NCBI GenBank assembly: GCA_964016885.1
Contig: OZ024743.1
Span: 108,934,001 to 108,998,000 of the forward strand
Length of the DNA stretch: 64,000 bases
From: Eledone cirrhosa
Taxonomy: Eukaryota
Reading direction: 5' to 3'
Shown: piece after piece, positions 14,641-30,799 of the stretch
How positions within the stretch are numbered: position 1 is the first letter of the stretch
Layout: the number at the start of each line of letters is the position of its first letter
Program-made: the position numbers and the translations under genes
Notes under the pieces: model-generated
The model's input: the letters and a program-made list of their open reading frames with translations, nothing else
The model's database searches: none
What the model was told of the DNA's origin: nothing

Positions 14641-17600
14641 GAGATATTTTTTTCTAAATACATCTACTCTTCATGTCTTCCTGTAATCTGCCCTCCGCAC
14701 CGAATTCATTTATGGGCTCACATGGAAATATTCACGCATATTTAGGTATCGTACACTTACATTAAATCACTTAGGTGGCCGTTAAGGTGGTTGAACTCAT
14801 TATTCTACTTCCTAGCTGATAATCTACCTTCATGTTGTGTTCGGGGGCTTCTTTTCTTTCCTACTAAGATCCAAACATCTGAATGTTCCTTTGAGTCCAG
14901 ACATTTAATCTTTAACACACTTTTAAATCACACGTACAACTGCAAAATTATAATACAAACAATTCTTATTAACGTTAGTGAAATTTACACCCTGACTATC
15001 CAACAACAAATGATTCATATGGCCAAAAAAAAACAGAAGCTGGATGCAGCATATAAATGTTAGAGAAATATACGTTGGTTATACTTGTATGTCTGATATT
15101 GCGCCTGAAATTAAGCGGCGTGTCCTTTTCTGATTTGAAAATAAATAAAATCACCGAGAACTGCAGATCTTTTATTCGGATATCATAGCCAGAGAGACTA
15201 GTAATGATGTTTGGGATCTAAACATTGCAATAACCGCCACACCTACATGGAGACCTATTATTGAGTCTATTTCGGCTGAGGCCGCAAGAAAATGATGATT
15301 AATCTTTTCATTACTATATTCCTACACATGTATTCCTGCACATGTATTTTAATTAATTTTGAAAATAATCGAACATTTGGAGAGGATTAGTATAATGACT
15401 AATTTTCTCATAGTAATTTTCTCATGGTAATTAGAACATAATTTAACAAAGCTTCTAACATACAATCAGGAAGAGAGGTGTTTGATAAAATATAAACACT
15501 TTAAAACAAAGAATTTGTATCATAGATTAAGGGTTGTTTTCAGACGACTTGATATTAACATGGCTAAACTTTTGTGAATTGTAATCCCACGTCTGGGCTC
15601 ACAATCTTTATTATGTGCTAATTTACCGATTACATTATCTAAGTACTAAATTGTATCTCCTGATTATGATATAAATTCCCGCATTTATTACAAATTGATG
15701 TCGCTAAGCTTCCGTATAGAACCTCTATTAGATTTCCCGCACTAAAAACAATATAGGTGTCATTACTCATGTCGTATATCCAATATTTCCCTTATGGAAT
15801 TGATTCGCCTATCGTATATGTTGTATATTATCTTTTTGGAATCCACAATCATTATTAATTTTGTGTGATTTCCGCTTATTCGTAACTTTTTTCCTTGTGG
15901 AAGAATTTATTCTCATATATCGTATAGGTTAGTATTTGCGCTTTTTTATTTGCGCTAATTTTTTATTTGCGCTAATTTATAACTATTTCAGACTCGTGAA
16001 AAGAAACTTTAAACAAAAGGTAATGTCTTCAAAATATAAACCTGAATTATATTTTATGTACATTCGCACTTTTCATAATCATTTTTATGACAAATTTGAC
16101 ATCACATAGGCGAAATACAAGTAAAACCTTAGAAAATGAAAATTATGATTATGAAATTGAGATGAAAATCTTAGAAATGAAAGTCAATTGAATTTTTGTC
16201 AATTCTGTCTCTTAAATAAATAACTTTGATGAAATGATTAACTACAAGACCGTTGCGTTCTCTCATTCACATGCGTGAGGAAACACACAAAAGCACACAC
16301 GTATACAAATACACGTACACAACCACATAAATGCATACATATAGATATATAGAAATACTTTGGATAATGGTTACAGAATGATGGAAATAGCGACGTACTT
16401 AAAATTAGATTGAAGTAATAGAGATTTCCCTGACTACTTTTGACATCAGATAAACACATTTACTTTTGGTTTAGTTTTGGAATCAGCCAATGAAATCTAA
16501 GCACATGGATGTATTTCAATTAAGAAAGCGCATTACTATTTTGTAATTTACTTTAACTTCAATTATGAGTAGAACTATTCCTAATCAAATTATTTGATAC
16601 ATTATTAAGAATCAGAATTTCAACAACATCGCCTCCCTAGGAACAAATAGATAAGTTAGAAGAAGATTACACCAAAGTATCGCAAAATTTGCATCAAATC
16701 TCATAAGAGAAGGGATGGATGGATTTTATTTTGCCGACAAAATCACATACGAAATACAGGAAAATTTTGCAAAACATTAACACAACCTCCAATTTCATGG
16801 TCAATTCCATCGCAGGAACACCATCATAATATACGATTTGTATTGGATATTTTAACCTGGCCGAGCCCATCCCGTTCTCATATCTGAACACGGTCAATTT
16901 CTTCTAATATATTACAGAATTTGTATTATTTAAAATAAAAAAAAAATACAATAGATTGTAATAGATTAATTGTCTGTTACAATTCACCAATGATGTTAAT
17001 TGATTCTCGCAGACATTTTATGTTAAAATGCTGTCCGTTTTATAGATTTCAAATATTTACTTATCTAGTCCTTCCATATAGATTTCAATCTTAATTTATC
17101 TTGAAATACTAGACAACCATCATTTATTTGTTATATTTATTTTTGTTATATCTATACACAAACAACGCATGGCATGACCCGAAAAAAGGTTACTTTGATA
17201 TTAGGTCAAATGTCGACACATGGTCACAGAGTGGCTAAAATCGAAAACAAAATTAAAAGTAAAAGCAAAATAATAAAATCTAAGGTTACTGCTGTGGCAG
17301 TAAATAAAATAAAAATTGATACCAACATAACGGAAACAGCGATAACAACAACAGCGACACAAATATATATAAAACGAAAAACTATAATAAAATGATGATC
17401 AGCAATATGGCTTTTAATTTTTGACACGTGATAACTTGTTAAGGGAGAGGTGCATTCGATATAATTCACCCTGTACATTGTTAGTAATTATTTTTCCAAG
17501 ATTGGATGGTAAATGAAAGCGTAAACAGCAGTATTTTGCTCTAATAATTGATTCTACTTTAACAGAAGGTCAGCAAGGAAAAGACGATGAAATTGACCCC

Positions 17601-17678
17601 ACTATGATATTGGTACTTTATTTTAACGAGCCCATATGTTTTGTGTCTAGAACAGTAATCATAATGATGCATCGTAAG

Positions 17679-17867
17679 GGCGGTGGATTGGCAGTATCGG
17701 TAGTGGGTCGGACGCCATGCTTTGACGTATAGAGTTACGGCCCTTGCAATCCTGAGTTCAAATCCCGCCGAGGTTAACTTTGCCTTTCATCATTACTGGG
17801 TCGATAAAATAAAGTACCATGAATACACTGGGTATTTGCTGGCCTTGTGCCAAAAGTAGAAACAATT
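17679..17867 (+). mobile_element. tRNA-derived SINE with 15-bp TSD
   Basis: A box tggcagtatcgg, B box gagttcaaatcc, body ctttgcctttcatc...gtcgataaaataaagtacc...gctggccttgtgccaaaagtagaaac. Flanked by atgatgYatcgtaag at 17664-17678 and 17868-17882. Confidence 0.9.
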
Positions 17868-18839
17868 ATGATGTATCGTAAGTGTGATGTGTAGGCACTA
17901 TTAGGAAAATGCTGGACAAAATACTTTGCGGCATAGAATTAACAATTTCTACTTTCTGATTTCAATTTAGGCTAGTGTCATCTTTGTAATTCTTCTTAAT
18001 GAGGTCGATAAAATACACTACCATCTAACGACTGTGGTTGACATAATTCGCTTTCCCACCACTAAATTGCCGAACATTTGTTAAAATGCTTATCTGTGGT
18101 AAACTGCATCGTAATCCTCATAGATTAAAAAGAAATATTATAAACAACAATTTGCAGAAACAACCATGACTATGTTGCTGCGGCTGCTGTTGTTTATGGT
18201 AGACGAGAATGAATATTTCTAAGAGACACATTAAACTTTCTTTTTTCTGAACATATCCATCATACACACACAACGCACCACACATGCGCACAAACACACA
18301 CATACCACACCATGGTATGAACTTAATTAATCTGTCTGAATAAGCGCATAGGAGGCAAATTGTAAGAGTATTTGCTCCGAGATATCAACTTTTTGCGAGG
18401 GGAACTACCCTTTTCATATTCAATAAGAACACTCCCAGAGCTGAACTGTTGTGAATTCTTCTAATATATATATTTCTTTCTTTCCCACTTTCTCTCTCTT
18501 TCTCGTTCTCTGAACGTCTGTGTACCGACCTGCAGACGAGGTGGACTCCACCATGTCTAAAATTAGAAAGACGCACCGGATCTCATTACGGTTTACCTTC
18601 GCTTCAATCAAGTGTTATAGGTCCATGCATATTTCATTGATGGATATTTAATTGTCCACGCGACGGATAGATAAAAGACGGACATCTTCTAAAGCGGTAT
18701 TCAAACTCAGAACGCCAATACATGAATCCATGCGTTTTGTTATAAGCTCTAACGATTTTCAGTTTATATTCCATCTTCTTATTCTTGTATCAGTGTTTGA
18801 CTAAATCATGCTGTTCAATCTCTGCGATATCTCATACTT

Positions 18840-19600
18840 ATGCGACTTTGACGTTGACATTGTCAAAAAACGACTTCCTTTGACGCCCTATGTCATGCTT
18901 GTCAGGAATTTCTCCGCTAATGGAAAGGTTTTCCAGCATAGCTTCCCGATGGCATATCCTAGGAACATTAGTTGTCTCTTTTTAATAGTTAACCGTATCT
19001 GACGTTCCATCCGTACTCTCTTCAAAATCTCTTCATTACTTATTCGGTCTACGTATGAGATAGTGTGTATTCTTCGATAGAAATACATCTCGGTATATTC
19101 GAGGTATTTCCTGTTCTGATTCTTCAAAGTCCACGATTCGCAGCCGTAAAGAAGCGTTGCCAAACAAATGTCTTCAGTAAACGAATTTTGATTCCGATTG
19201 AGAGGTTGTGATAGTCAAAGATGGACCGGAGTCTTGAGAATGCATCTTTAGCAAGAGCTGGTCTTCTTCGAATTTCTTTATTGCATCTGGCGTCTGAGGT
19301 GGTCAGTGCACACATGTAATTGAAGGATAAAATCTGTTCAATACTGGTATTGCAGTGGTACAGTTGACATGTTGCTGGTACCTCCGACTTCCATATATGC
19401 ATTACTTGTGTCTCCTTGCTGTTGATACTCAATCCCAATCGATCACTGTTAACAACTATTGCGACTAAGAGACTCTGTAGATCTTCACCCAATGTGTCAA
19501 AAAGGACTGTATCGTCGTCGTATCTAAGATTATTAACCTTATGACCATTGATGGTAATTTCTTCCGGATGGTCCTCGAGTTCACAAAGAGCCATTTCTGA
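18840..19600 (-). mobile_element. RTE (BovB-like) LINE, 5'-truncated
   Basis: INGHKVNNLRYDDDTVL...GLSINSKETQVM...SDARCNKEIRRR..LAKDAF...LLYGCESWTL...RQLMFLGY. Confidence 0.9.
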
Positions 19601-19708
19601 AATTATATTCCATATTAATAGATAAAAACCAACAAAATAGAGACAAAAATTAACAATAACAATACGTTTCAGAAATTATTATGCTTCAAATGTTTATGGC
19701 AAATGATA

Positions 19709-19926
19709 CTTCTTTCTGAAATTGGCACAACATCAGCCATTTGGTGTTAGTGGGAAATTGAATATTTAAATTGAGTATTTAAATGGTAGTTATTTTATCG
19801 ACACCAGAAATATTGAAGGCAAAGTTGACTCCACTGGGATTTGAACTCAGAACATAGGAAATCTTAACTACATATCAGAAGTAATTTCTTCCAGCGCTCT
19901 ACCAATATTGCCAGTCTACCTACCTT
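19709..19926 (-). mobile_element. tRNA-derived SINE (older copy)
   Basis: ggcacaac...ttttatcgac...aggcaaagttgac...ggatttgaactcag...tgccagtc, the reverse complement of the 17679 family. Confidence 0.8.
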
Positions 19927-20475
19927 ATGACGTATGGTAATGAAATTATTATAGGCACAAAGGCAAACAAATATTCTTTTGAGAAGTGGGGGAAATTCGA
20001 TTTTCTCCATGTGATTTGAACTCGGAAAATAAATCGCCGGTAGTATGTTCCACAATTCTAATGATCATGGCAAATCAAAATGAAGATAACGATGATGATT
20101 ATGATGATTATAATTATGTTGATTGTGATTTTAGCTCAACCTTCATTGAGCAATCCTTTGATCACATACATTCTTGCCATGATCACACCGTCTTTTCAAG
20201 ATCAATAAATAGTACATTATAAAATCTACATTTTTATCTATAAATAGTACGGGTCATATGATGGAGAATTGTTTAATATATCTAGCAGGTCAGATGACCA
20301 GCAGGAGACGCAGAGAGCAACAATTAGGTTAACAAAATAACGTTGCTTTTAATATTGGTGATGGCGATACTGTTGAAGATGATGATGATACAGATAATGC
20401 TGATTCTATCGATGATGATGCTATAAGGACAATATATATTCCATTCAAGGCTCACGGATATAAAACATAAAATTA

Positions 20476-20558
<83 letters not shown>

Positions 20559-21834
20559 TGTGTGTGTGTGTGTATGCACTATAAAAATTGACATTCTGAA
20601 AGGTCACAATTATATCCAGGAAATCTTGTTGGCTTGATGACATGGCGTACTTACAATGGTGCCATTGAGCCCTTAATGACTGTGTTAATATTTGACACTT
20701 GACAACGTAAAGTTCAACACTTTGTTTTTGACGGGTGGTTTATGTTGTCAGTTCATATAGAGTTACTTAATCTGAACATTTTTTGGTTTCTCTATCTCCC
20801 TTACTTTTCCTAAATCTAAGTAATTTTAGTTCTTGTATTACTTTTTTACTTGCTTGTTGTGCGACTGCTGTAACATAACACCTAACTCATTCATGAAAAG
20901 AAAATGTTGCGAACTGGTTTCTATTCTCGCTTAAGTCCATTCCATTACCATTGTGTTGCTTATATTCCTCGGGAAACATAAAAGGGAAATTGTCCACTTC
21001 ACTTGGGAGCTGTGATGTGTTTGGTGAAAATAAATTAACATTAGAACCATTAACATGTAAATCTCATAAGCTTGCTTTTTCACAGATTTCATTTATGTTT
21101 TAATCAATGGGATTGAAATATTTTCTCTAGTAAATGTTGACCTTTTTAATCTCAATATTCCAGATTTTTTCCTATTGCCTACAATCTATGCCAGTTATTA
21201 TTTGCCTCTGTTTATCAAGTTGCATATATTGTTACTCAGATAAACTAGATCTATATTGAATTTCTATCTTATTTTCTATTTCGTTACATTTACATTGGTA
21301 ATCCCCTTAGCAAAATATAAATGTAAATACGTTGAATTTTACTTCGCTTCTATTAATATTGGTAATCCTATCTCTACAAGACATTACAACGATATATTCC
21401 GATTGTGCTGTCAGTAAAATAGACGAACGCACCAGAAGAAGAAGGTATTGGACGTTTTATTTTAATGGTAAGAATAACCTTGTTTCTAGCCTTTTATATC
21501 CGATAGCACATGCGCAATGATGTATTTTCCAATATATTTTTTTACTTAAAATTGTCGGCCAAATTTCTGTCACTGAATGCCATATATGTTGTGTAAATAT
21601 AGTTGTTTCTAAAAAGGCACAAGACGAGATACCTTTTTGCAGGGAAGGGTAAATTTGTTGTATTGACTCCAGTTGACGATTTCTGCCTTATTTTATCGAT
21701 GCAGAAGAACGAAATGTAAATGAGACATCGGCGGGATTTGAAACCAAATCGTAAAAATCGTATTGAAATGCTGCTCTTCATTTTAACATAAGCATTAAAG
21801 ATTTAGCCAATCCATAAACCTATTATTCATGAAT

Positions 21835-22025
21835 AATTGTTTCTACTTTTGGCACAATGCTAGTAATTATCCCAGTGCATTACTGGTGCTTTATTTTATC
21901 GACGCCCTAAAGAAGAAAGACAAAGTTAACCTCGGCGAGATTTGAACACAGACCGTCAAGGGACATAACTCTATGCTGCAAACATGGCGTCTCACCCTTT
22001 ACCGATACTGCCAATCCACCGCCCT
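21835..22025 (-). mobile_element. tRNA-derived SINE
   Basis: Near full-length reverse complement of the 17679 copy. A more decayed copy precedes it at ~21610-21815. Confidence 0.9.
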
Positions 22026-22832
22026 AAATATTAATAGGACAGCCTACATGTATTTCCCAACCAGGATTGAAACCCAGACCAGGATCTCCACCATCTCTAA
22101 TACTTCCCAATATGCCACCATGATAATAATGTCTAATTTCGGCAATCATGTGCTCCTGAAGGAAACATTTATTGACATTTTGAAGTCCGTATATATTTTC
22201 CAGCTTATTAGAAATATGGTCTCCATGTGTCTGAGTGGTTAGAGAGTTCGATATTATTTACGTGTCTCAGCCTTCCGAATTCAAATCCCAACGATTTTAT
22301 TAGAAATATATGAATCAAACAATCTCTTGCAAATAACGTAACTGTGACAACTTTATCGTTTCCATTGTCTTCCTCTAAATCGTTATCCCCATTGTTGTCT
22401 TTCTCTAAATTATCACCACTATTGTCGTCATTGTCCGCATAGGTCATCCTTACATTTCGCCTGTTTCTTAAGCTTGAAACCGTTAAGCATTTTCCTTTTC
22501 CATCAACTGCATAATCTCCTCGATAATTTAGCATATATATGGTTGAGTATTATGCAGTCGCACTTCTCGGACAGAATCAGTAGGACACAGTAAGTGAGAA
22601 AGTTGAACATTTGCATTATACGTACATTCATTCCACCAGGTAGTATTCCAGATGATTCCCTGTATTCAAATCCTCCCAGAGGCCTGCGGGGGTCCTTAGC
22701 TATATCAAAATATAGTGGACACAATTGCCACGCACAGCGATAGAAGTCGCAATATCATGATTTCGAAGCCGATTCCATAACCGCCCAGTCACGCTTGCTT
22801 GCCTGCATCTCCCCCTCCTCCTCATCCTACTC

Positions 22833-22833
<1 letters not shown>

Positions 22834-22890
<57 letters not shown>
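22834..22890. repeat. (TAC)n microsatellite
   Basis: Pure trinucleotide tract. Confidence 0.95.
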
Positions 22891-22891
<1 letters not shown>

Positions 22892-24106
22892 GCTGTTGCT
22901 GCAGCTGCTGTCTCTGCTGCTATGAAAATATAGCCATACGATAATGTAGGTTATATTTTGGAGTAATCCGTAACGTAGCCGGTCTAGAAGCGAAAACATA
23001 AGCAATTTGACATGATAATATATTTCAGAGCCACGTGTTTGTGAAATGTGGCTTCTAGTCAGATATCCAATAACACTCTTTTCAATGATATAATAGGGAG
23101 TAATATAATATTTTCATTTTTATAACATCAACATTCCTTATATTAAGAAAAAAACTATTTTTCTCAGATATGAAATAACCACAAAAAGCTATTATCATCA
23201 TTCCTGTATACTCAGAATGATACATTAAAAAAAAAAGAGAGATGGTAATATTTTTTTCTGAGTTTGAAGAAATGTTTAAGTTGCTAGAAATATGTGTAAC
23301 AAGGTTTACAAGCAGATGACTATTTACTCATGTAAAACATTTAAGAGTAAACTCTGATTCCACTCAGACATATATATTGACCGTTCAAGAAATAAGTACC
23401 GTTATTTCTAAATAACAATAGCAAATTCTTGTATATTAATAGCAGAGGATGTCACGATAGGGAGATAGAGGAGATGAATGAGAGATTGAGAGAAGGGTAA
23501 GGGGTAAGAAAGAGACAATGAGAAAGGAAGAGGTGAGAAAATATTGAGAGGAAAGGAGGGGGTTAGACAGTGGAATGGGGTACAAAAGACATAGAAAAAA
23601 GTGAAAAAGAAACAGAGGAGAGTAACTGATACAAAACTAGAACGAATGTAAACAATTACAAGATTGTTATACTTGATTGAGTTGATGAGATGATAGTGCA
23701 TTTCAGGAATGAAACAAATGTCTCAAAACTTTGACCTCCTCCAAATATAATCCCAATAAGTTGTCTCAAAACTTTTATTCGTTGAAAAGATAGATGCAAA
23801 CAAAATTAACATACGTTCAGTTGTTATTGGCTGGGGCCATTTGCATTTGAGTGTACTTTATCATTTGAAAAATACCCATACAATACACAGCGGGAACATT
23901 GTTTCATAGTCATCTTCAAATCTGAAAATCACTCCCTGTCTTTAATATCCTACCGAAAACATGAAAAGGACGATGATGTAAAATGTTTTATAGATACTTG
24001 AAACTTGTACTTCGAGTGCTTTATTTAAGAAACACTTATCTTTACATGCAACCTAAATTTGGTTAGAATTGCAACACTAAAATGTAATATTATATATATA
24101 TATATA

Positions 24107-24703
<597 letters not shown>

Positions 24704-24939
24704 TGGAAATTTGGTAACATAGCATAGTGCCGATCTAAATTTGATTCGATGAACCTTTGTCGAATTTCGACGGTGGCAATTGCACATGTTCGCTCAACTG
24801 AACAGACTGTTCATAAAATTAACGTGTACATGTCTGACAATTAAACAGACACGTGCACTCTTAACGTAACTCTCAGTGTGATTAAAGGTGACAAACCGTA
24901 TGACGAAACTGGCCCTTTAAATTGCTGGGACAATCCATC

Positions 24940-25050
24940 TACGGGCTTCTAAACAGATTCCGTCTACCCATGTAAACTCACAGGTGATTGTTTAAACCAT
25001 GTTTATAGCAAATGACAGCCGACCAAGATGACACACAGTGGGAAAGAACC
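24940..25050 (-). mobile_element. Decayed SINE of a second tRNA-derived family
   Basis: ttccgtctacc..actcacagg...tatagc..atgac...caagatgacacacagtggga.agaacc is recognised from memory as the reverse strand of a cephalopod SINE. Related pieces are at ~7250-7300 and 60281-60334. Confidence 0.5.
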
Positions 25051-26522
25051 AGCACGTATTTATTTTATTAGTATTTTACAATGAATATCTATCTATAATG
25101 TCTATAGAGAAACTGACGCACATCGTGCCATATCACAGTACATCTTGAATATTAATTTAATCCAGGGACTGATAAATTCTTTTATCAATAAAAGAAGATG
25201 GCCATCATATACAATTCACAGGCCCTTTTAAATTTTAAACCATCAGTCCCTGTAAATAAAAAAAATATGGTATTTATAGTATTTGTTGGCTTTCGGATAA
25301 AATGCCATTTATTTAATCTTATTCCTTCGGGGAATACAAGATTCGATGTGATAAACTTTCCTCTTTCGATGATAAAGTACTGGCTTTTTACCTAAATTAG
25401 AATCGATTATGGATAAAATTAAAAGAGGGTTGGAGTAAATGGATTGTTGGCATTCACCTCAAGTTTATGTAATTAAGAGGTCAATTTTGGTATGCAACTT
25501 TTTCAAGAAGGAGCAGCACTTTCCTAAGGATATTCTGAATGAGATACACCATAATTCACCAACTAATAAATAATTTAGCAAAATTATTAATTATCCTTTT
25601 ATTAATTATTAAGGTTGCAATATCTTTATCTCTAACAAGAAAGAAAAAGAAAGTAATAAAACATTAGGGAAGGTAAGGAAAAGGGACGAGGGATTGTCAG
25701 AATCTACATACGAGTCAAGGTGGTATATGCCGGCTGCCCCATCTGCTCAAAATGACAAAAACTTGATCCGGGGAATAGACAGCGATACCCACCGGATCAG
25801 ATGCACTCGTTCAGGAGACTTCTTCCGCAAGGGAAATACACTCATTTTATGGAGGAAACGGCAGTTCGACAACCGAGAATACCAGAGGCCTCGAATGCGA
25901 ACAGCTCAAAAGGAAGTGGCTGCTCCACACATCTTATCAAAAGTTTTTATAATATAAAATTAGGATGGAATATTCTAATTTAAATCGGATCCTTTAAAAT
26001 GGAGGTTCTTGATTCATTGAACAAGAGCCGGTTTGTGCTGGCTGTTATCAAAATGTTTAAATAAATACCATTCCAGTATGGAGACAATTTACGAAAGACG
26101 ATGTCAGGGAGTGTCAAAATATATTTACTTCTGTTTATGTCAGACATAAACGCAATGAAAACTTATAGTTTCAAAGAATGCCACAATAAAAGGAGGAAAT
26201 TATGAAGAAGAAAAGAAAGAGAGATTGGTGAATGGGTAGATGGTGTAATATTGACAAAAGAATAGAATGAGATTCCTATATTGATTTCTAATGATCAGAC
26301 AAGAGCTGTTTTCTATTAAGCCAATAGTATATTTGTATGACATCCCGACCCTTCTTCGGCGAAGAAATTATAAATTGTGAAATCTAAATTACAAATGTGA
26401 ATGCATACTGAATAGCTAAAGTAATTAATTCTCTTACACTATACATTCTCCCCGGTAAATACAATTTTACCGTATCAAAATTTTGCCTGGATCTTTCTTT
26501 GTCTCTTTCTTTCTCCCTGCAT

Positions 26523-26645
<123 letters not shown>

Positions 26646-27877
26646 TAATGTTTTAAAAAAAGAGTCATTTACATATATTAGTGTTATTTACTAAAACTTT
26701 GAAGGCTTGGGCCGAACAATAACGAATTATTGGACAATTGGTGATTGCCATGGCGTGAAATAATTAGTCTCGTCATTGTTTCCGACTGGTTACATTAAAA
26801 TCTAAACTGATATTAGATTCTACGATCTGCTAACCTCTGTGCTGTATTACAGATTCCATTCTATTCGGAAATGAATTAATATGCTTTAGTTAGCTATTCA
26901 TAGATATTAGTTAATGTTATTATGTGTTATTCACTCTTGAATTGCTTATTGTTTTATCTCGGAAATAATCCGTTTAGAAATTGACCGAATGAAATTGCAA
27001 CAATCGATTGAAGATTTAGGTCGATAATTTGTAGTTTGTTGTTCACATTCTAGGTATAGAATATCATTATACTAATTTAATTAGATGGCATACGCTAAGG
27101 ACGAAATACTTCCATGAAATGCTTACAAGGACCGTAAAACAACCTCCGTATATTGACATACAAATAATTAACCATACAAATGCAAAGATGTCACATTATC
27201 AGGTAGTCTGTTCTGAATATATTTTCATTAGACACCTACATATTTGCTGCATTCTTGATAGATTAAATATATAAAATACTCATATATTCAGACAAGTTGT
27301 CTTGGATATATTAAATCTAACAGTGGACATCCTTTCCCGTGATTAACTAAATATATAATTGTTGCAGACTGCTACTACCGATCCACGACAGCCTGCAACA
27401 TTGTAAACACTTTATCCTAGATTAGAATATTATAGATCTTTATCACTTACGTTTTATCTGGTTCTGCTGATGATGTTGGACCATTTTCGACACCACCGTA
27501 GTTGCTGAATTTTAAATAGCCGTTCTCCAATAGTGCACGAAGGAGTTTCACAATACCGCTCTCATTACACCAAATATACTGCTGGAAAAGCTGAAGTATT
27601 AAATTACTTTCATATTCTGACATATGCCATTTTATTTCAAAGAATACGTTTTCTATACTTATTTGTCTTTTTTTGCCTCTCCATAAATTGTTCAAATTAT
27701 TTACACTTCAGTGCACCGATCAGCTGTGATCAAATTAAATTATGCATGTAGGTGTTCAGTTTTTGACTACAGTATTCATTTTTAGGTCATACATTTTGTC
27801 TGATACTATATTTTACATGTCAAATATACATAAAAATTATTTAATATTAACAATAATTTAGGACATATTTCCTTGTT

Positions 27878-28068
27878 TTGGCTTGGCAGTATCAGTAGAG
27901 GGTCGGATGCCATGCTTTGCCGCACAAAATTACGTCCCTTTACGGTCTGAGTTCAAATCCTTCCGAAGTTAACTTTAACTTTCATCCTTACGGGGTCGAT
28001 AAAATAAAGTGCCAGTAATGCACTGGGATCATTGCTGTCCTTGTGCCTAAAATAGAAACAATTATTAT
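27878..28068 (+). mobile_element. tRNA-derived SINE
   Basis: tggcagtatcag...ctgagttcaaatcc...gggtcgataaaataaagt...ccttgtgcctaaaatagaaac plus (TTA) tail. Confidence 0.9.
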
Positions 28069-28257
28069 TTGTGTTTAATCAGAGTGGGCTCATTGCACTC
28101 TGAATTCAAAACTCATTAATCCAAAGTTGCATTTCCTTCTTCAAAAATTGACAATCAGTAAAGGTAACAATCAACTTTCTATTACGTGAGGGAATCGAAG
28201 AAATCTTAGGTTATGCTTGTAATGTTTTTGATTAAGAACAGTAAGTGAAATAATATT

Positions 28258-28460
28258 ATTTTCAACGTTGATACAACGGCAGCAAATTAGAAGGGGAAAG
28301 TCGATTATATCGGTCCATTACTAAGCTGGTACTATTATCAAAAGGATAAAATATAAAGTTTTCATCGGCGGGATTTGAGCTCAGAACGTTGAAAGTCGCA
28401 ACTAAATACCGCACAGTGATTTGTTTCCGATGTTCTACCGTTACTGTCACTCCAACCTCC
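28258..28460 (-). mobile_element. tRNA-derived SINE (older, longer variant)
   Basis: ggggaaagtcgattatatcg...ctggtact...ggcgggatttgagctcagaacg. Confidence 0.7.
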
Positions 28461-28875
28461 TAGTGAGTAAAGGAATAACATAGACGAAACAGAAAATGAG
28501 GTTTTTAGTAGCTGATTAAATTGTTCTAATCCGTTCTTACGAAATTGAGACAGTTGACTCAAAGGTGGGTCAAAATCAACCTTGACGTACTACATTGGTT
28601 ATTATAGTTGTTGTTTTAAAACCCAATTCATTCCTGATGGAGGACACAGTTCAAAGCCGCTTTTCCGTTGAACGTTCATCTTTTTTTTCTTCAAATACTA
28701 CGTTATCCATGCTTAATATTGAGTACAATAAGTCATTTTGTCTAATACTGTAGAGTAAAGATTGAGAGAAACGTAACTGCAGTTTTAAGCATATAACCCC
28801 AATGTATCACACTGAAGATTCCTCATCTTTTAAATATCAGTTGGTCAAGATATGTTGTAAATAATTTCATTATAT

Positions 28876-29068
28876 TGGTGAATTGGCAGTATCGGTAGAG
28901 GGTTGGACGTCATCCTTTCTAGCATATTTACGTCCCTTTACGGTCTGAGTTCAAATCCCATCGAGGTTAACTTTGCCTTTCATCCTTACGTGGTCGATGA
29001 AATAAAGTACCAGTAATCTGCTGGTGAAATTGCTGGCCTTGTGCTAAAAGAAGAAACAATTATATTAT
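28876..29068 (+). mobile_element. tRNA-derived SINE
   Basis: ggtgaattggcagtatcgg...gagttcaaatccc...gctggccttgtgctaaaagaagaaac. Confidence 0.9.
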
Positions 29069-29194
29069 AATCTGTCATCATTTTGTTTCTGGTCATCATA
29101 CTAAATACTAAGCTGATTTTTTTTTTTGTGACGAGCAGTAAACAATATGTTTTCCTTATATTTATTTCTATTGATATAAGTATGTATACGTACA

Positions 29195-29288
29195 TACGAT
29201 GGTTGCCGAACACTGTACGGCGTAATTCGGGCTATTTGTTTACAAACAAATCGAACATTATAATAAATGTTCGGTAAACCCATACGTA
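29195..29288. mobile_element. Tiny MITE-like element (mariner-type ends)
   Basis: tacgatggttgccgaaca ... tgttcggtaaacccatacgta form imperfect TIRs with TA at both ends. Confidence 0.45.
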
Positions 29289-30144
29289 CATATATATATA
29301 TATATATATGCACGTATGTATATATATACATACTACTGTACGTTTGTACACATATATGTATGTACGTATACATACTTATATTTAGGTATCAGCCGTACTA
29401 AGAGTGAGAAATTAAGTTTTGTTTCATTCTTTTCCATTTATTTCTGTTGAAATGTTTGTTTATAGATATACGAAAACGAAAATAATAATCTTACGAAATA
29501 CTGAGAGGCAGATTCTACACTCTAATCTAGTTTGTATACAACAACTACGCGCTGGGGACAAACTACCGATGGTATTGGCGTGTAGATCCGCCAGTGACCC
29601 CTGCTGCATCAGTAACTCAACCTTACAGTATTCCGTCCTTAAGCGAGGGGAAGCATTCCTTTCAATTTCAAGGAAGAAAATATAACTCGACGTCAACCGG
29701 TAGCGAAATGAAATGGTCGATCAAGTTCCGATATATGTATGACTTCCTCCGCGCTTCTGCGTTACGGAGAAACAATAATTTAGCGATATAGGAATATTAT
29801 TTTTATGTCAAATTAATATGAACTAAAACCATAGATTTATTCGATTCATGGTTTAAATAATTCCATTTCAGTTACATAGATACTATACATCCAAATGGTA
29901 GTCCAAATACAAATTCATATTTATGTTTCATCAAATATTTCTAGAACTGTTTATTTAATCTTTCTTAGAATAACTATTTCCATCTGCAATTATTTCCCTA
30001 TTCGCAACATTCCACAACACCGTAACTACACAAACAAACGTTGAATATACAAGCTACACCGATCTCGGTTTGGTAGTTCAGAAGGTTATCACATTGCCAT
30101 GGTCACTTACTCCTTACTCCGCTTAGCATACAACGACAATAATT

Positions 30145-30544
<400 letters not shown>

Positions 30545-30799
30545 ACGGCCTGGGCTTCACTCTTGAATAGCACTGAAATATACCAAATTACCTGGCATTA
30601 GCAGTGTGCTGGATGTCCGCCAACATGGTTTTCAGAGCAGATTAACGCTCGTGATGAGTTATTATCTCTGGCTGTCTGGTTTGTATATAATACATATATA
30701 ATTATTATTACTATAATTATTTATTATGATTTCGTTCGTCTCTCGACATGTATTGCACATTACCCCTGAAAGTTTGTTATTATTTGTATTGTTCCACAG

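Noticed and set aside
20650-20775. Minus-strand exon bounded by cag and gtaagt
   Set aside because: Stops in all three frames and no supporting neighbouring exons.
26760-27775. Tc1-like transposon remnant
   Set aside because: Only a possible single TIR (ttttgactacagta) and a weak N-terminal resemblance; no partner TIR or catalytic motif that I can verify.
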